Positions 11,601-20,260 of a stretch of 64,000 bases of DNA are shown here, piece after piece (positions within the stretch are counted from its first letter, which is position 1; the number at the start of each line of letters is the position of its first letter). A program made the translations under genes and the position numbers. The stretch is from Candidatus Hydrogenedens sp. (GTDB taxonomy: Bacteria > Hydrogenedentota > Hydrogenedentia > Hydrogenedentales > Hydrogenedentaceae), in contig JBMFRC010000004.1 of assembly GCA_049968235.1 (NCBI GenBank), positions 1 through 64,000 of the forward strand, read 5' to 3'. The notes beneath the pieces were generated by a model. It had not been told where the DNA came from, searched no databases, and saw nothing but the letters and a program-made list of their open reading frames with translations.

Positions 11601-12146
11601 GGTTATATTCTCCTGTCTCGCATTATCTTCTAAAACCAATTTTGCATTAGCCCAATTCGCACAATCACAGGTAATGCCATCATTCCCAGCTTTAACTACA
11701 AGACGCAGTACACGGGCGTTATTCAAGTCAATCTTAACCGGCACAGGAGAATCTAATTCGCGTATTACACCACTGTCCCAGCGTTTTTCACCATCCACAA
11801 ATATCTGGAAAACCACGCTACCTGTATTTGTCCCACTTTGCCTCTGAACTCCTGCCTCACACTCGAAATACTTATATTGACTGTTTAAATCAACTATAAT
11901 CTCCCCCGAAGCATGATGTCCTATACCTTTTTGATACTTCTTTTCTCCTATTTGCAACTCCATTGGAGTTTGCCCGGATGAATGTGCGGATACATCCCAG
12001 CCTGTCTCTCCCCAACCCTGCGTAATTGAAACAATACGCTCCGGTATATCACTCAAATATATTATCTTATCCGCATAACACGGTAAAATTATAATAAATA
12101 AGGGAACGATTATCAGTCCACACATTTTCAATACACTTCTTGTCAT
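8610..12146 (-). CDS. Large secreted carbohydrate-active protein. It has an N-terminal NPCBM-like carbohydrate-binding module and a C-terminal alpha/alpha-toroid glycosidase-like region.
   Basis: 1178 aa with a signal peptide. The NPCBM-like segment runs GIGHHASGEIIVDLNSQYKYFECEAGV ... DCANWANAKL. The C-terminal region is helix-rich and Trp/Tyr-rich, typical of six-hairpin glycosidases. The glycoside hydrolase family is not assignable by eye. Confidence 0.5.
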   Translation of the reverse strand: MTRSVLKMCGLIIVPLFIIILPCYADKIIYLSDIPERIVSITQGWGETGWDVSAHSSGQTPMELQIGEKKYQKGIGHHASGEIIVDLNSQYKYFECEAGVQRQSGTNTGSVVFQIFVDGEKRWDSGVIRELDSPVPVKIDLNNARVLRLVVKAGNDGITCDCANWANAKLVLEDNARQENITNNLDIALFADVITCDPKRYEGAHCSRVEEFPAEDISLETKLQPREEGNYEVPDYKGVKCIGLRWYERRKLTDLSVEFADNNIPSQIKVEAWTGESPWQGKWQNVEGKVEVKGNQCSLHIPWRDNLFIWKGTEKIRWIFESDKPLYIKNLNAYTNSYWDKTVIRLEKEQGDSNTQATLQIYNGTFLESSNSLCQLWKLSEPLTLNLLHSIPRSDKGDRTLLWIHLPDTKLCIAIEDILTHPCVYVPSVGVFAVLQSSSLTINEYKKTIEGKQSVLDSVRSLPEQTFSNAMKKIHHPVQDNGPTMLSLACDNNKFIVEREGSIQFNDFFMKVRMGNSDKLKRTLYQDWMPVPVIEKNDDGITYWSRTFVAPYKEKKSLCISQFEMKNDDGKEKHSDFSLSFYSHKREGIKAELEKKNQIIFVKEDDKILGICKIENAIAEINGENIFINHPVSSGSFIKLCVIIPSDTDMNTNEIEHIEEEQLLEKTVEYWKKLFADSIEISIPEPLLNNVIKASQVHCLIAGRSEGKFIAPWIASMSYGPLESEAHSIVYGMDLMGWHEFSRKSLEYFISKYNRAGYLTTGYTLMGTGWHLWTLAEHYQLTRDKEWLSRYADKLSRVCDWIMAQCEKTKKVDIDGERIPEYGLMPPGVGADWNRFAYRFAIQGHFCAGLHGIGSILKDINYPLADKYLRGAKELTVSILRAFEWNKERTPVLPLSNGKWILPYPPNLYTFGTSGEMFPGEDAGRSWAYDVELGPHHLIPLGILDPYSNDAENIVQHMEDYWFLHSDYWFAFSGEGDYPEEGNKQDPFNLGGFSKIQPYYTRIAETYALRDEVKPFIRSYFNAIPSLLNTENLSFWEHFHNIGAWNKTHETGWFLIQTRKMFLREDKDTLWLAPFIPSYWLEAGKQITIKNADTYFGKVSYSLQSNINNDEIIGTIHLTKDKNFRKVILRIRHPYNKPIKQVLLNSTEYDKWDKQSNLIYLSPNLNKIEDDWLLTCIF

Positions 12147-12258
12147 TCGATTATCTCCTTATAGTGAATCATCTAAATATCAGAACAGATTATGTTTTAA
12201 AGAGTCTTGTGTTTAGAAACTTCGTTAAACTAAAATTCCTCCATTCTAAAAAGGGTTT

Positions 12259-12669
12259 TTAATGAAATACAAACAGAAATATTGTTCCGCGATGAATTTT
12301 CATACACTTAATAAATTGGTAATAATTTTTATCAATTTGTCCTTCTCTTTCGTATCGCTTATAGCAATTAATAGAAATTAATAGAGCCAGTACTGTTAAA
12401 GCATTATCATTTATTTTCTTTTTACCTGTCTTGTGATAGAGATAATGGTTTTTATCTAAAAAATAAACGAACAAAAAAGAGGCAATTCTTTTATTACCAT
12501 CTACGAAAGGATGGTCCTTAATTATAAAATATAAGAGATGTGCGGATTTTTCTTCGAGTGATGGATACAAATCTTTACGGTCAAAACTCTGATATATATT
12601 GCCCAATATTGCCTTGAATTTTTCCCCAACTTCCTGACCAAAAAGTATGCCTGCTTCTTTTTTTGCCAT
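12259..12669 (-). CDS. Doc-type Fic domain (death-on-curing toxin family). Probably the C-terminal half of a split RhuM-Fic/Doc gene.
   Basis: 136 aa. HPFVDGNKRIASFLF matches the Doc active-site motif HxFx(D)GNKR. The reading frame stays open upstream to 12765 and overlaps the end of the preceding ORF. Confidence 0.7.
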   Translation of the reverse strand: MAKKEAGILFGQEVGEKFKAILGNIYQSFDRKDLYPSLEEKSAHLLYFIIKDHPFVDGNKRIASFLFVYFLDKNHYLYHKTGKKKINDNALTVLALLISINCYKRYEREGQIDKNYYQFIKCMKIHRGTIFLFVFH

Positions 12670-12746
12670 TAAATCTTTCTTAATTTCCTCTATAACTTTC
12701 CGTGCTCCCTCATAGCCTAAAATAAATTTCTCTTTTGCCGACTTTA

Positions 12747-13316
12747 CTATCTTAAGTTTTCTCTGTCATACTGTTCCAACAAAGTCAAAGTTTTAGCATA
12801 GTTAGCCAGTAAGTTTAAAATTTCCTGCTCTTGTCCAGCAAGTAATTCATGTTTTGCTTTTTCTTGTAAAAGTGATATTGCTCCGTGGAGTTCTTCAAAC
12901 TGCTTCTGTGATCGTAGAAGCCTTTCTTCATTTATCGTATAACCTTTAACCAGATGTTCTTTAAGCGTTTTAGTTGCCCAGATACGGAATTGAGTACCGC
13001 GTAAAGACTTAACTCTATAGCCTACAGAGATTATTACATCAAGGTTGTAAAAATCTATTTCTCTTTCTACCTGTCTTTTACCCTCTTTTTGAACTATTCG
13101 GAATTTCCGAATAGTTGAATTTTTATCAAGTTCTCTTTCTTTATATATATTTTTTATATGTTCATTGATAGTTGGTATCCCTTTATCAAAAAGTATTGAC
13201 ATCTGTTTTTGAGTGAGCCACACAGTTTCATCTTTAAGTCGAACTTCTAATTGAGGTCCTTCCTTTGAACTATAAATTACAATTTCACCTTTTTTGAAAT
13301 CGTCTTGTTGCTTCAT
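12747..13316 (-). CDS. RhuM-family domain protein. Probably the N-terminal half of a split RhuM-Fic/Doc gene.
   Basis: 189 aa. YNLDVIISVGYRVKSLRGTQFRIWATKTLKEHLVKGY is the conserved RhuM core. The ORF stops 77 nt before the Doc ORF start, in a different frame. Confidence 0.65.
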   Translation of the reverse strand: MKQQDDFKKGEIVIYSSKEGPQLEVRLKDETVWLTQKQMSILFDKGIPTINEHIKNIYKERELDKNSTIRKFRIVQKEGKRQVEREIDFYNLDVIISVGYRVKSLRGTQFRIWATKTLKEHLVKGYTINEERLLRSQKQFEELHGAISLLQEKAKHELLAGQEQEILNLLANYAKTLTLLEQYDRENLR

Positions 13317-13541
13317 TGGGAATATTCCTATTCACGCTTAATTAAATATCGGATTTAGGTAACCTTTCTATTTTGTCGTAATAGTTTGATGTTTTTTTTA
13401 TGGAACTGATGTAATCGTATCTACTTTTTATCTTAACATAGTAGTCCACTAATCATATACATAGGATGTGCGAGATAAACACACAGGTAAGAATGTTGAT
13501 AATACCTTTTTAATTACAAGTAGTTTGGCAGGCAAATAATG

Positions 13542-15350
13542 TTAGTACACATATAATTTTGTGGGGATGTTGCCATTCCAGCGGGACCATGTATCGTAAT
13601 TTCTATTAATTGTTTCACTGTTGATGGATTTAATCACCCAAATTCCCGCAGGTGCATTAACATCGTATTCGATTTTATTATCATCTAAAAACACGAAGGA
13701 TGAATATATTTTTTCTCTTGAAGGATTTTTGTTGATGAGTTCTGATAATAATTTGTCGGGTGAAAGGTTGTTTCTCTCGGGTAAATACAATAAGCCCAAT
13801 TTCTCATCATTATAGACACAAACATACAAACTGCCTGCACATTCAGGTGCAAAAACGAACCACGATTCCTTTTGAGCAAAGGGTGTATATTGGGATGGAA
13901 TATGTACGGGGGAATTTCCTACGGCAAATCTTTTGTAAACGCCTGTATTGTTCCAGCACCACCATTTACCCCTCCCTTTTATATGGAAACACTTATTAAT
14001 ATCTATTTCCCTATCATTCAATAATAAGGTCGTAGGTCTCGGAATAATCATGGCACGCAGACCTCTATATACTCCTCCTGCACTAATCAGATATTCTGGA
14101 CCTCCACTATATATTTCAGGAGTTCCGTTTTCCCCATAACCTATCTGAACAAAATAATCATAGGGCTTTTCAATTGCCCATTTCTTCACAATAGGAGGGA
14201 CTGTGTATGTAGATAAAACAGCAAAAAGTACTTGAGAAGAACGGGTCATTTCTTTGCCCGGTGCATCATCACTTTCAGGCAGACACCACCATCGCATTAA
14301 TGCCGTGTGTGGGTCAATCACCAATGATGTTGTATTTGCATATTCAAATCTACGACGGAAAGGGGCACATCTGCGAAACTGTGAACTGCCTAACGCGTAT
14401 TTCCAATTGATGCTGTCCAGAACCTTATGTGCTCTAACCTTCACCTCCGCCGAATCAGGAAATTCTTCCAGATTTAGTAATGCCTGAACCGCATATAACA
14501 AATAAGGAATGGAATTAAACTCATATTCGCCGTTCCAAAGCATTTCATCAAGATAAGTAACAAGCCATTTTTCCAAACCGTTGTTTTTGTTATCATGTTC
14601 AGGCTTGCCGGGAGTAGTTGTAGAATTCCCATATTTAAACAACCACTGATTTTTCAAGTATCTGCTACTTTCCGTCATCAATTGGTGATTTTCCGTGTCG
14701 CGAATCCAGCCCAATGACCTTGGCACCATCTCCCGTGGTTGCCCTCCTTCTTCTACCAAAAGGACTTTTAGTAAATGCTCTAAGGTCTCCGGATATATCA
14801 GGTCCTGATTATGTCCAAAAAGATATAGAATTTTGGTAAGCACTACCTCCGTAAAATCATAATCGCCTTTATATCCGAACCAGGAAGAACCACTGCCCGA
14901 CCACGGCTCCAACTGTTGTAGATATTCATTTACTTCCTTGATTTCCTCTCCACAAGCAAGTTTTGCTAAACATACATATGGGGAATGTCCTTTTCCATAC
15001 TTTTTCCAATCTAATATGGGTTTTCCTGCAATTGACTGGATATACTCCTTGATATAATTAGATTTGTAATCAATCTCATCCTTTCCATCTTCCACAAATA
15101 TATTTTCATCCCATTGTGGACCTGCTTCACCCCAGGATAATGGGGTAATTGATTCGCGTCCTGCACCTAATAATTCATCAACAAATAAAGGTAAAAGAAA
15201 TAAGGGAATTAAGAGGAAAGTAAGCCCTGAAAAAGTGTAAAAAATTAATCTACTTAGCAAGAAGAAAACTTTCATTTTCAATTTTATAGAATTACTTAGA
15301 AAAATCCATTTATACCTGCAAATATTATCAGGAATAAGCCTATAATCCAC
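13542..15350 (-). CDS. Signal-anchored secreted hypothetical protein, possibly a polysaccharide lyase or hydrolase accessory.
   Basis: 602 aa as in the ORF track. The start is more likely the internal MKVFFLLSRLIFYTF... near 15275. The hydrophobic N-terminus is followed by a Trp-rich soluble domain. No recognisable catalytic motif. Confidence 0.4.
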   Translation of the reverse strand: MDYRLIPDNICRYKWIFLSNSIKLKMKVFFLLSRLIFYTFSGLTFLLIPLFLLPLFVDELLGAGRESITPLSWGEAGPQWDENIFVEDGKDEIDYKSNYIKEYIQSIAGKPILDWKKYGKGHSPYVCLAKLACGEEIKEVNEYLQQLEPWSGSGSSWFGYKGDYDFTEVVLTKILYLFGHNQDLIYPETLEHLLKVLLVEEGGQPREMVPRSLGWIRDTENHQLMTESSRYLKNQWLFKYGNSTTTPGKPEHDNKNNGLEKWLVTYLDEMLWNGEYEFNSIPYLLYAVQALLNLEEFPDSAEVKVRAHKVLDSINWKYALGSSQFRRCAPFRRRFEYANTTSLVIDPHTALMRWWCLPESDDAPGKEMTRSSQVLFAVLSTYTVPPIVKKWAIEKPYDYFVQIGYGENGTPEIYSGGPEYLISAGGVYRGLRAMIIPRPTTLLLNDREIDINKCFHIKGRGKWWCWNNTGVYKRFAVGNSPVHIPSQYTPFAQKESWFVFAPECAGSLYVCVYNDEKLGLLYLPERNNLSPDKLLSELINKNPSREKIYSSFVFLDDNKIEYDVNAPAGIWVIKSINSETINRNYDTWSRWNGNIPTKLYVY

Positions 15351-15513
15351 ATGGCAATGGTTGTAGGGGTAATATAGATGTAATTTTCTTCATCACTACT
15401 GGTTTGCTTGAAAAATTCCTTCATATCTAACATAGATAATTTCCCTTTATTTATGGTTTATGTATTTTATGGATACCATATATTATATATATCCCCTCAG
15501 ATTTTTTTTCGTT

Positions 15514-17907
15514 CTATTGTTTTAACAACCACATTTCACAAATTCGAGAGTGTTGTCGCCAATTCTTTTTTAAATCGTCTATGGGAAGTGTCCATTTTAC
15601 AATAATTTCTCTATCCTGAATACTTTCTAATGGGATAATATAGTCTTTAAACTCGCCTAATTCAATTACTTTTTCATCGGAACTATTCATTTTTTTTCCA
15701 TCAATCATAATCTGCGGTTTTCCCAACCCTATGATACGAAGGATATATGTAGCACTGGGTTCTAATCCTTGATATTGTGCCTCACCGAATTCCAAAGAAC
15801 TCAACCAACTAATTCTTTTCCTTGTTTTTCCATTATCAAACCACCACAAAGTAGGTTCTTGCCATGCTTCTTCTGCAGGATTGGTATAATGAATTTCACA
15901 CCGCTTTATATGAGGTGATTTTCCTGTATTTCCTACATCATCATAAAAAGAACCGTATCCTGGTGTTTCCCAGTGGGCAATTATGTTTAATCGTTTTATT
16001 TTTTCTTTTTCCGAACTTAATTTTCGTATATACTGAAATTGGTCTTCCAACCACCAACGATTATTTAAGGGTATGTCAATATAATCTAATGATGCACCTC
16101 GTTCCCCTCCAATGGCTCCATATTTTTCCACACTGGATTGTAATCCGATACTTTTAAATAATGCGTCATATAAATCTGCAATTTTCTCTTTTAAATCCGT
16201 AGATATCGGTTCTGACATTGTTTTATTTAAAATGTTCATTGCCTTTTCCATCACTACTTCTGCACCCATTTTCTCCGCATTTTTTAATACCTGATATGCC
16301 CTTTGTTCCAGTCCTTGTTCGTAGATAACCTTTCTTCGTATATATACATCGTAATAAGCACGCACAAGGCACATTTGCCAGCGCCAATTGTTCTTTAATT
16401 GAGATGCTTTTTGTTCCAACTCCTGCCACAATTTTAGTGTTCCTTCAATGGCTCCATTATCAACAATACTTCCCCGCCAATTATTTTCTAAAGACAAGAT
16501 TCCTTCTGCTGATAATTCGGCAATTTCGCTACTAAAAAACACATTAGAATATTCAATTAAAACATCTCTAACTTTTTGTTCTGGATTCCAGCCCATTGCA
16601 CTCCATATTATTTTATTTACATCGTCATGAATACCATCTGAATAAGTAATAAAGCCATCACAATAAGGTTGAAACCAATTATGAATATATGCATACTGAA
16701 CAGGTCTCGGATTAATTCCTTCTCTTCCAATCACCGATGAGAAAGCAATGTCCCACCACGGTACTGGATATTGACAGAGTTTATTATGGGTTATATCGGG
16801 ATACATTCGAAGTTTATATTCCGATGGTAAATTTTGCCGTAAATATGCTATGGGTGGACTGGAAGGTCCCTCACAAAGTCCTCCCATCCATTGAGGTTTT
16901 TTATTCTTGATATAATCAAAGACAAATTCAGATTGAGCAGTAGTAAACCCCTGTAAAGATAACCATATTCTTGCTTCTGGATGTAGCGGAATTAGCAATT
17001 TTGACAGCTCTTCTAAAAAAGGCAGAACTAATTCTGGCGGATTATCTCCCGGGTCTCCTCCGGGGAAAAACACACCTGTTATAACCGGGCAATCTTTGTA
17101 TAATTCCTCATGTCTTTTTAACATATCCTCTCGTTTCTCTTTGTCGTTTAAATCAAAATCTGCAGGGGTCCATACCCAGTAATCTAATCCATATTTTTTA
17201 CATATCTCACTTATTGCCCGGTTCATTTCTCTTCGAGAAACAGGCATTAAAGGAGCAGGTCGGTCATCTTGAAAAGGGATATTTTCAATACTATTGACCC
17301 CAAAAAAAGTTAATTCCCTTATATACTGGTCATATTGTTCAATACTCCATGCATCATAAGAATTTGCCTGTGCCCGGTAACCCAATTGATGCCCCCGTAT
17401 GGGAGATATAGGTGATTCTATAATGTTCACTGGAATTTCTATCTTCAATGAATTCGGAGAATATTTCATTATCCTTAACAATTTTCCTACTCCGAATAAA
17501 ATCCCCCGATTGTCTTTTCCTATAATCCAGATTCTATTTTTCTCTTGCACTTTTTCATTAAATATTGCGAAACCTTCCGATTTAATCTGCTTTAACTTGT
17601 CTTTGGGAAAAGAAATTAAATGTTTTTTGTCAACAGGCGATAATGAATTAATATTTGCAAGTAATATATAGTCGCTATTGGGTAAAATTTCTGGAGTATT
17701 TTGTAATAAAATATGAGTCCGTTTCTCAATTTCTTCCGAGAGAACTCTAACAATATTTTGTAAGACATCATCTTTCTCATTACCAATAAGGCAAATTTTA
17801 AAATTATTTAAATCTAATATAGAGCCATTCGTTTCAGCATTTACATTTGTCCACAGAAGACATAAAACACACAGGATAAACATTTGTAAAAAGATAATTT
17901 TTTTCAT
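15514..17907 (-). CDS. Secreted glycoside-hydrolase-like protein. It has a TIM-barrel-like core and a C-terminal helical domain. The family is uncertain.
   Basis: 797 aa. The signal peptide reads MKKIIFLQMFILCVLCLLWTNVNA. An acidic cluster FFPGGDPGDNPPE sits in a beta/alpha region. It lies 49 nt from the neighbouring secreted-protein gene on the same strand. Confidence 0.4.
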   Translation of the reverse strand: MKKIIFLQMFILCVLCLLWTNVNAETNGSILDLNNFKICLIGNEKDDVLQNIVRVLSEEIEKRTHILLQNTPEILPNSDYILLANINSLSPVDKKHLISFPKDKLKQIKSEGFAIFNEKVQEKNRIWIIGKDNRGILFGVGKLLRIMKYSPNSLKIEIPVNIIESPISPIRGHQLGYRAQANSYDAWSIEQYDQYIRELTFFGVNSIENIPFQDDRPAPLMPVSRREMNRAISEICKKYGLDYWVWTPADFDLNDKEKREDMLKRHEELYKDCPVITGVFFPGGDPGDNPPELVLPFLEELSKLLIPLHPEARIWLSLQGFTTAQSEFVFDYIKNKKPQWMGGLCEGPSSPPIAYLRQNLPSEYKLRMYPDITHNKLCQYPVPWWDIAFSSVIGREGINPRPVQYAYIHNWFQPYCDGFITYSDGIHDDVNKIIWSAMGWNPEQKVRDVLIEYSNVFFSSEIAELSAEGILSLENNWRGSIVDNGAIEGTLKLWQELEQKASQLKNNWRWQMCLVRAYYDVYIRRKVIYEQGLEQRAYQVLKNAEKMGAEVVMEKAMNILNKTMSEPISTDLKEKIADLYDALFKSIGLQSSVEKYGAIGGERGASLDYIDIPLNNRWWLEDQFQYIRKLSSEKEKIKRLNIIAHWETPGYGSFYDDVGNTGKSPHIKRCEIHYTNPAEEAWQEPTLWWFDNGKTRKRISWLSSLEFGEAQYQGLEPSATYILRIIGLGKPQIMIDGKKMNSSDEKVIELGEFKDYIIPLESIQDREIIVKWTLPIDDLKKNWRQHSRICEMWLLKQ

Positions 17908-17956
17908 ATAGTAACCTTCATAGATAGGTCTATTGTTTCAGCAATTTTAGATATTC

Positions 17957-19903
17957 TTATCTATGATACACTTTACTTTTCCGCAAAACAAAAATAAGCA
18001 ATAAGGTGGGGAATATAAGCAGGAGGGAATTATTAGTAATGCTTAAACCATGCGAGACATGTAAATAGACTTTTGGAGTTTCCACTACATTCAAATCATC
18101 TGAAACATGACACCAATACCAGCCTGAATCTTCAACGGATAAATCTTCAATATAAAGTTCCTGCCCTGATACATACGGAATAATTGTTGGATTGGGACAA
18201 AGATAATCTTTGCAATAATACCACTCATAGCCTATATTCCCCTGTGCTCCTTCTACATGAATAGTAAAAAGTTGCGATTCTCCAACAATTTTATTAATAT
18301 ATGTTTCCCCTTCTATCCATGCTATTAATTCGCTATCACCCTCTAAATCCCCCTCTCCTTCAAATATTCCTTCGATACTCCCTTCAGGTTCTCCATCTAT
18401 AATTCCTTCACTTTCAGGGCTCCCTTCTGATTCTCCTTCTATAATCCCCTCGCCTTCAAAAATACCTTCCGCCTCTCCATCTATAATTCCTTCACCTTCT
18501 GTAGGAATTCCTTCTGGAATTCCCTCGCCTTCACCATATCCCTCATTTATCAAGGTAAAATATGCTACATAATTTTTGTTCTCAATTATATTTGTATCTT
18601 TCCTGTTGGGAGTTAATAAACCATCTGACCAATGGTCAAAAAGATATCCACTATCCGCTACTGCAATTACTTCAGTTCCATCATTACCACGCATGATATT
18701 TTGCGTTGCATTTCCCAAAATATTTCCTCCAATATCCGCAGTATAAGTTACTGTAAATATCGGTGGTCTTTTTAATTCTGTAATTTTATAACTTATTTTC
18801 CCTCCTGCATAATAAAAATCCCCACCCACATATAAATTCCCTTGAGAATCGAACACCAGAGATCTGATTTCTTTATTTGAGCCATTTACTCCTGATGTTA
18901 TGCTACGCCAGTTACCTGAATACCACCATGCTAACCCATTTGCACTTATATTACCACCTGCAATGGAAAAATTACCTCCAATAAAAATAGATTGTGATGA
19001 TTTGGGTAAAATTGAATAAACGATGCCATTTACCCCGCCATCTAAAGAAGTCCACGAAGAACCATCCCAAATAGATATATTACTCACATTCACCCCACCT
19101 GCTTGTGTAAAACTTCCACCTGCATACAATCTACCCGTTTCATCTACCGCAAGAGAGTACACAGGTCCGTTAATTCCAGTTCCAAGGGAATGCCAATTCG
19201 TTCCATCCCAGCGGGCTATATTATTTGCAGAAACATTACCTGCATACTGGAATTGTCCCCCTGCATATATATTTCCATTAGAATCCGATGTTAATGACAA
19301 AACATAAGGAGAAGTGCCACCGCTCACACCCAAATAAGGTTCTACCCATTGAGAACCATTCCAATATGCAATCCGATTAATAGGTGTAGAACCGGACTGA
19401 GTAAATTTGCCTCCTACAAAGACTGTCCCATTATTTGTAATAGTTACCGTATATACAGCATCATTAAAGCCACTTCCTACCGCTACCCAACTCGAACCAT
19501 TCCACTTTGCCACTCGATTTCGGAGATTTGAACCCGAATAGGTAAATGAACCCACTGCATAAATTTCACCCCCTGTGGATATACATATTTTTTCTACCGC
19601 ATTATTAAAACCCTGTCCCATGGCTTGCCAATTTATTCCATTCCACCTCGCTACTCGATTTGCACTTACGCCATTTATTGAAGTAAAAGTGCCTCCACAA
19701 TAAACAATATTGTTATTATCTATGCCAACAGAGGTTATTAATCCATCTGTCCAATTAGGACTTAAAGGTTGCCAATCTTCATCAAGATAATTTGGGATAT
19801 CTTCTGAATATATAAAGGTCGAAATAATTCCAATAAAAACGACTATACCCAATCGTAGAAAAAATAGCATTCGTATCCCTTTCCTTTCATTTTTTCTGTT
19901 CAA
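17957..19903 (-). CDS. Secreted multidomain protein with four parts. They are W-containing beta-propeller repeats, a Listeria/Bacteroides-type B-repeat, an EG-rich acidic spacer plus Ig-like domain, and a C-terminal hydrophobic-basic tail.
   Basis: 648 aa. About 6 repeats of the pattern I/VARWNG-W-LG-G-NG-VY-L--D--GN-Y-GG-F. The B-repeat element reads GYLFDHWSDG. The spacer reads GEGEGIPEGIPTEGEGIIDGEAEGIFEGEGIIEGESEG.... The Ig-like signature reads CKDYLC...EDSGWYWCHV. The C-terminus reads LLLIFPTLLLIFVLRKSKVYHR. Confidence 0.6.
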   Translation of the reverse strand: MNRKNERKGIRMLFFLRLGIVVFIGIISTFIYSEDIPNYLDEDWQPLSPNWTDGLITSVGIDNNNIVYCGGTFTSINGVSANRVARWNGINWQAMGQGFNNAVEKICISTGGEIYAVGSFTYSGSNLRNRVAKWNGSSWVAVGSGFNDAVYTVTITNNGTVFVGGKFTQSGSTPINRIAYWNGSQWVEPYLGVSGGTSPYVLSLTSDSNGNIYAGGQFQYAGNVSANNIARWDGTNWHSLGTGINGPVYSLAVDETGRLYAGGSFTQAGGVNVSNISIWDGSSWTSLDGGVNGIVYSILPKSSQSIFIGGNFSIAGGNISANGLAWWYSGNWRSITSGVNGSNKEIRSLVFDSQGNLYVGGDFYYAGGKISYKITELKRPPIFTVTYTADIGGNILGNATQNIMRGNDGTEVIAVADSGYLFDHWSDGLLTPNRKDTNIIENKNYVAYFTLINEGYGEGEGIPEGIPTEGEGIIDGEAEGIFEGEGIIEGESEGSPESEGIIDGEPEGSIEGIFEGEGDLEGDSELIAWIEGETYINKIVGESQLFTIHVEGAQGNIGYEWYYCKDYLCPNPTIIPYVSGQELYIEDLSVEDSGWYWCHVSDDLNVVETPKVYLHVSHGLSITNNSLLLIFPTLLLIFVLRKSKVYHR

Positions 19904-20260
19904 ATTTTGAGTATTTTACTACACTACTTGATTTCTCCTTCATCCAAAATAATTGTTCCGTCTTTGCTTGAATACATTCTTTTATTATCCGAATTAAATT
20001 CATATTTTACATCCAGAGATAATGATTCAATAGATAGAATTTTATAATACTTACATTTATTGGTTGCAAGTAATCAAGAGATTCTATATCCTTACTATCT
20101 TTTATTTTTGTATTTATTTCCTATTAATTTGATTTCTTAAAAATTAAAATTTTTTCTTTTTTCATTACATTGTATAAATCGAATATTACTTTATATTTTT
20201 TTCTAAACGAAATCCTATGTCTTCCATAAAATTAATAGTAAACTCTACTGTATCTATTTC

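Noticed and set aside
9192-11847. A run of 60 to 105-aa plus-strand ORFs inside the 1178-aa minus-strand gene. Similar antisense ORFs occur inside other large genes, for example 4631-5023 and 6129-6401.
   Set aside because: They are antisense to long, well-supported CDSs and have no independent signals.
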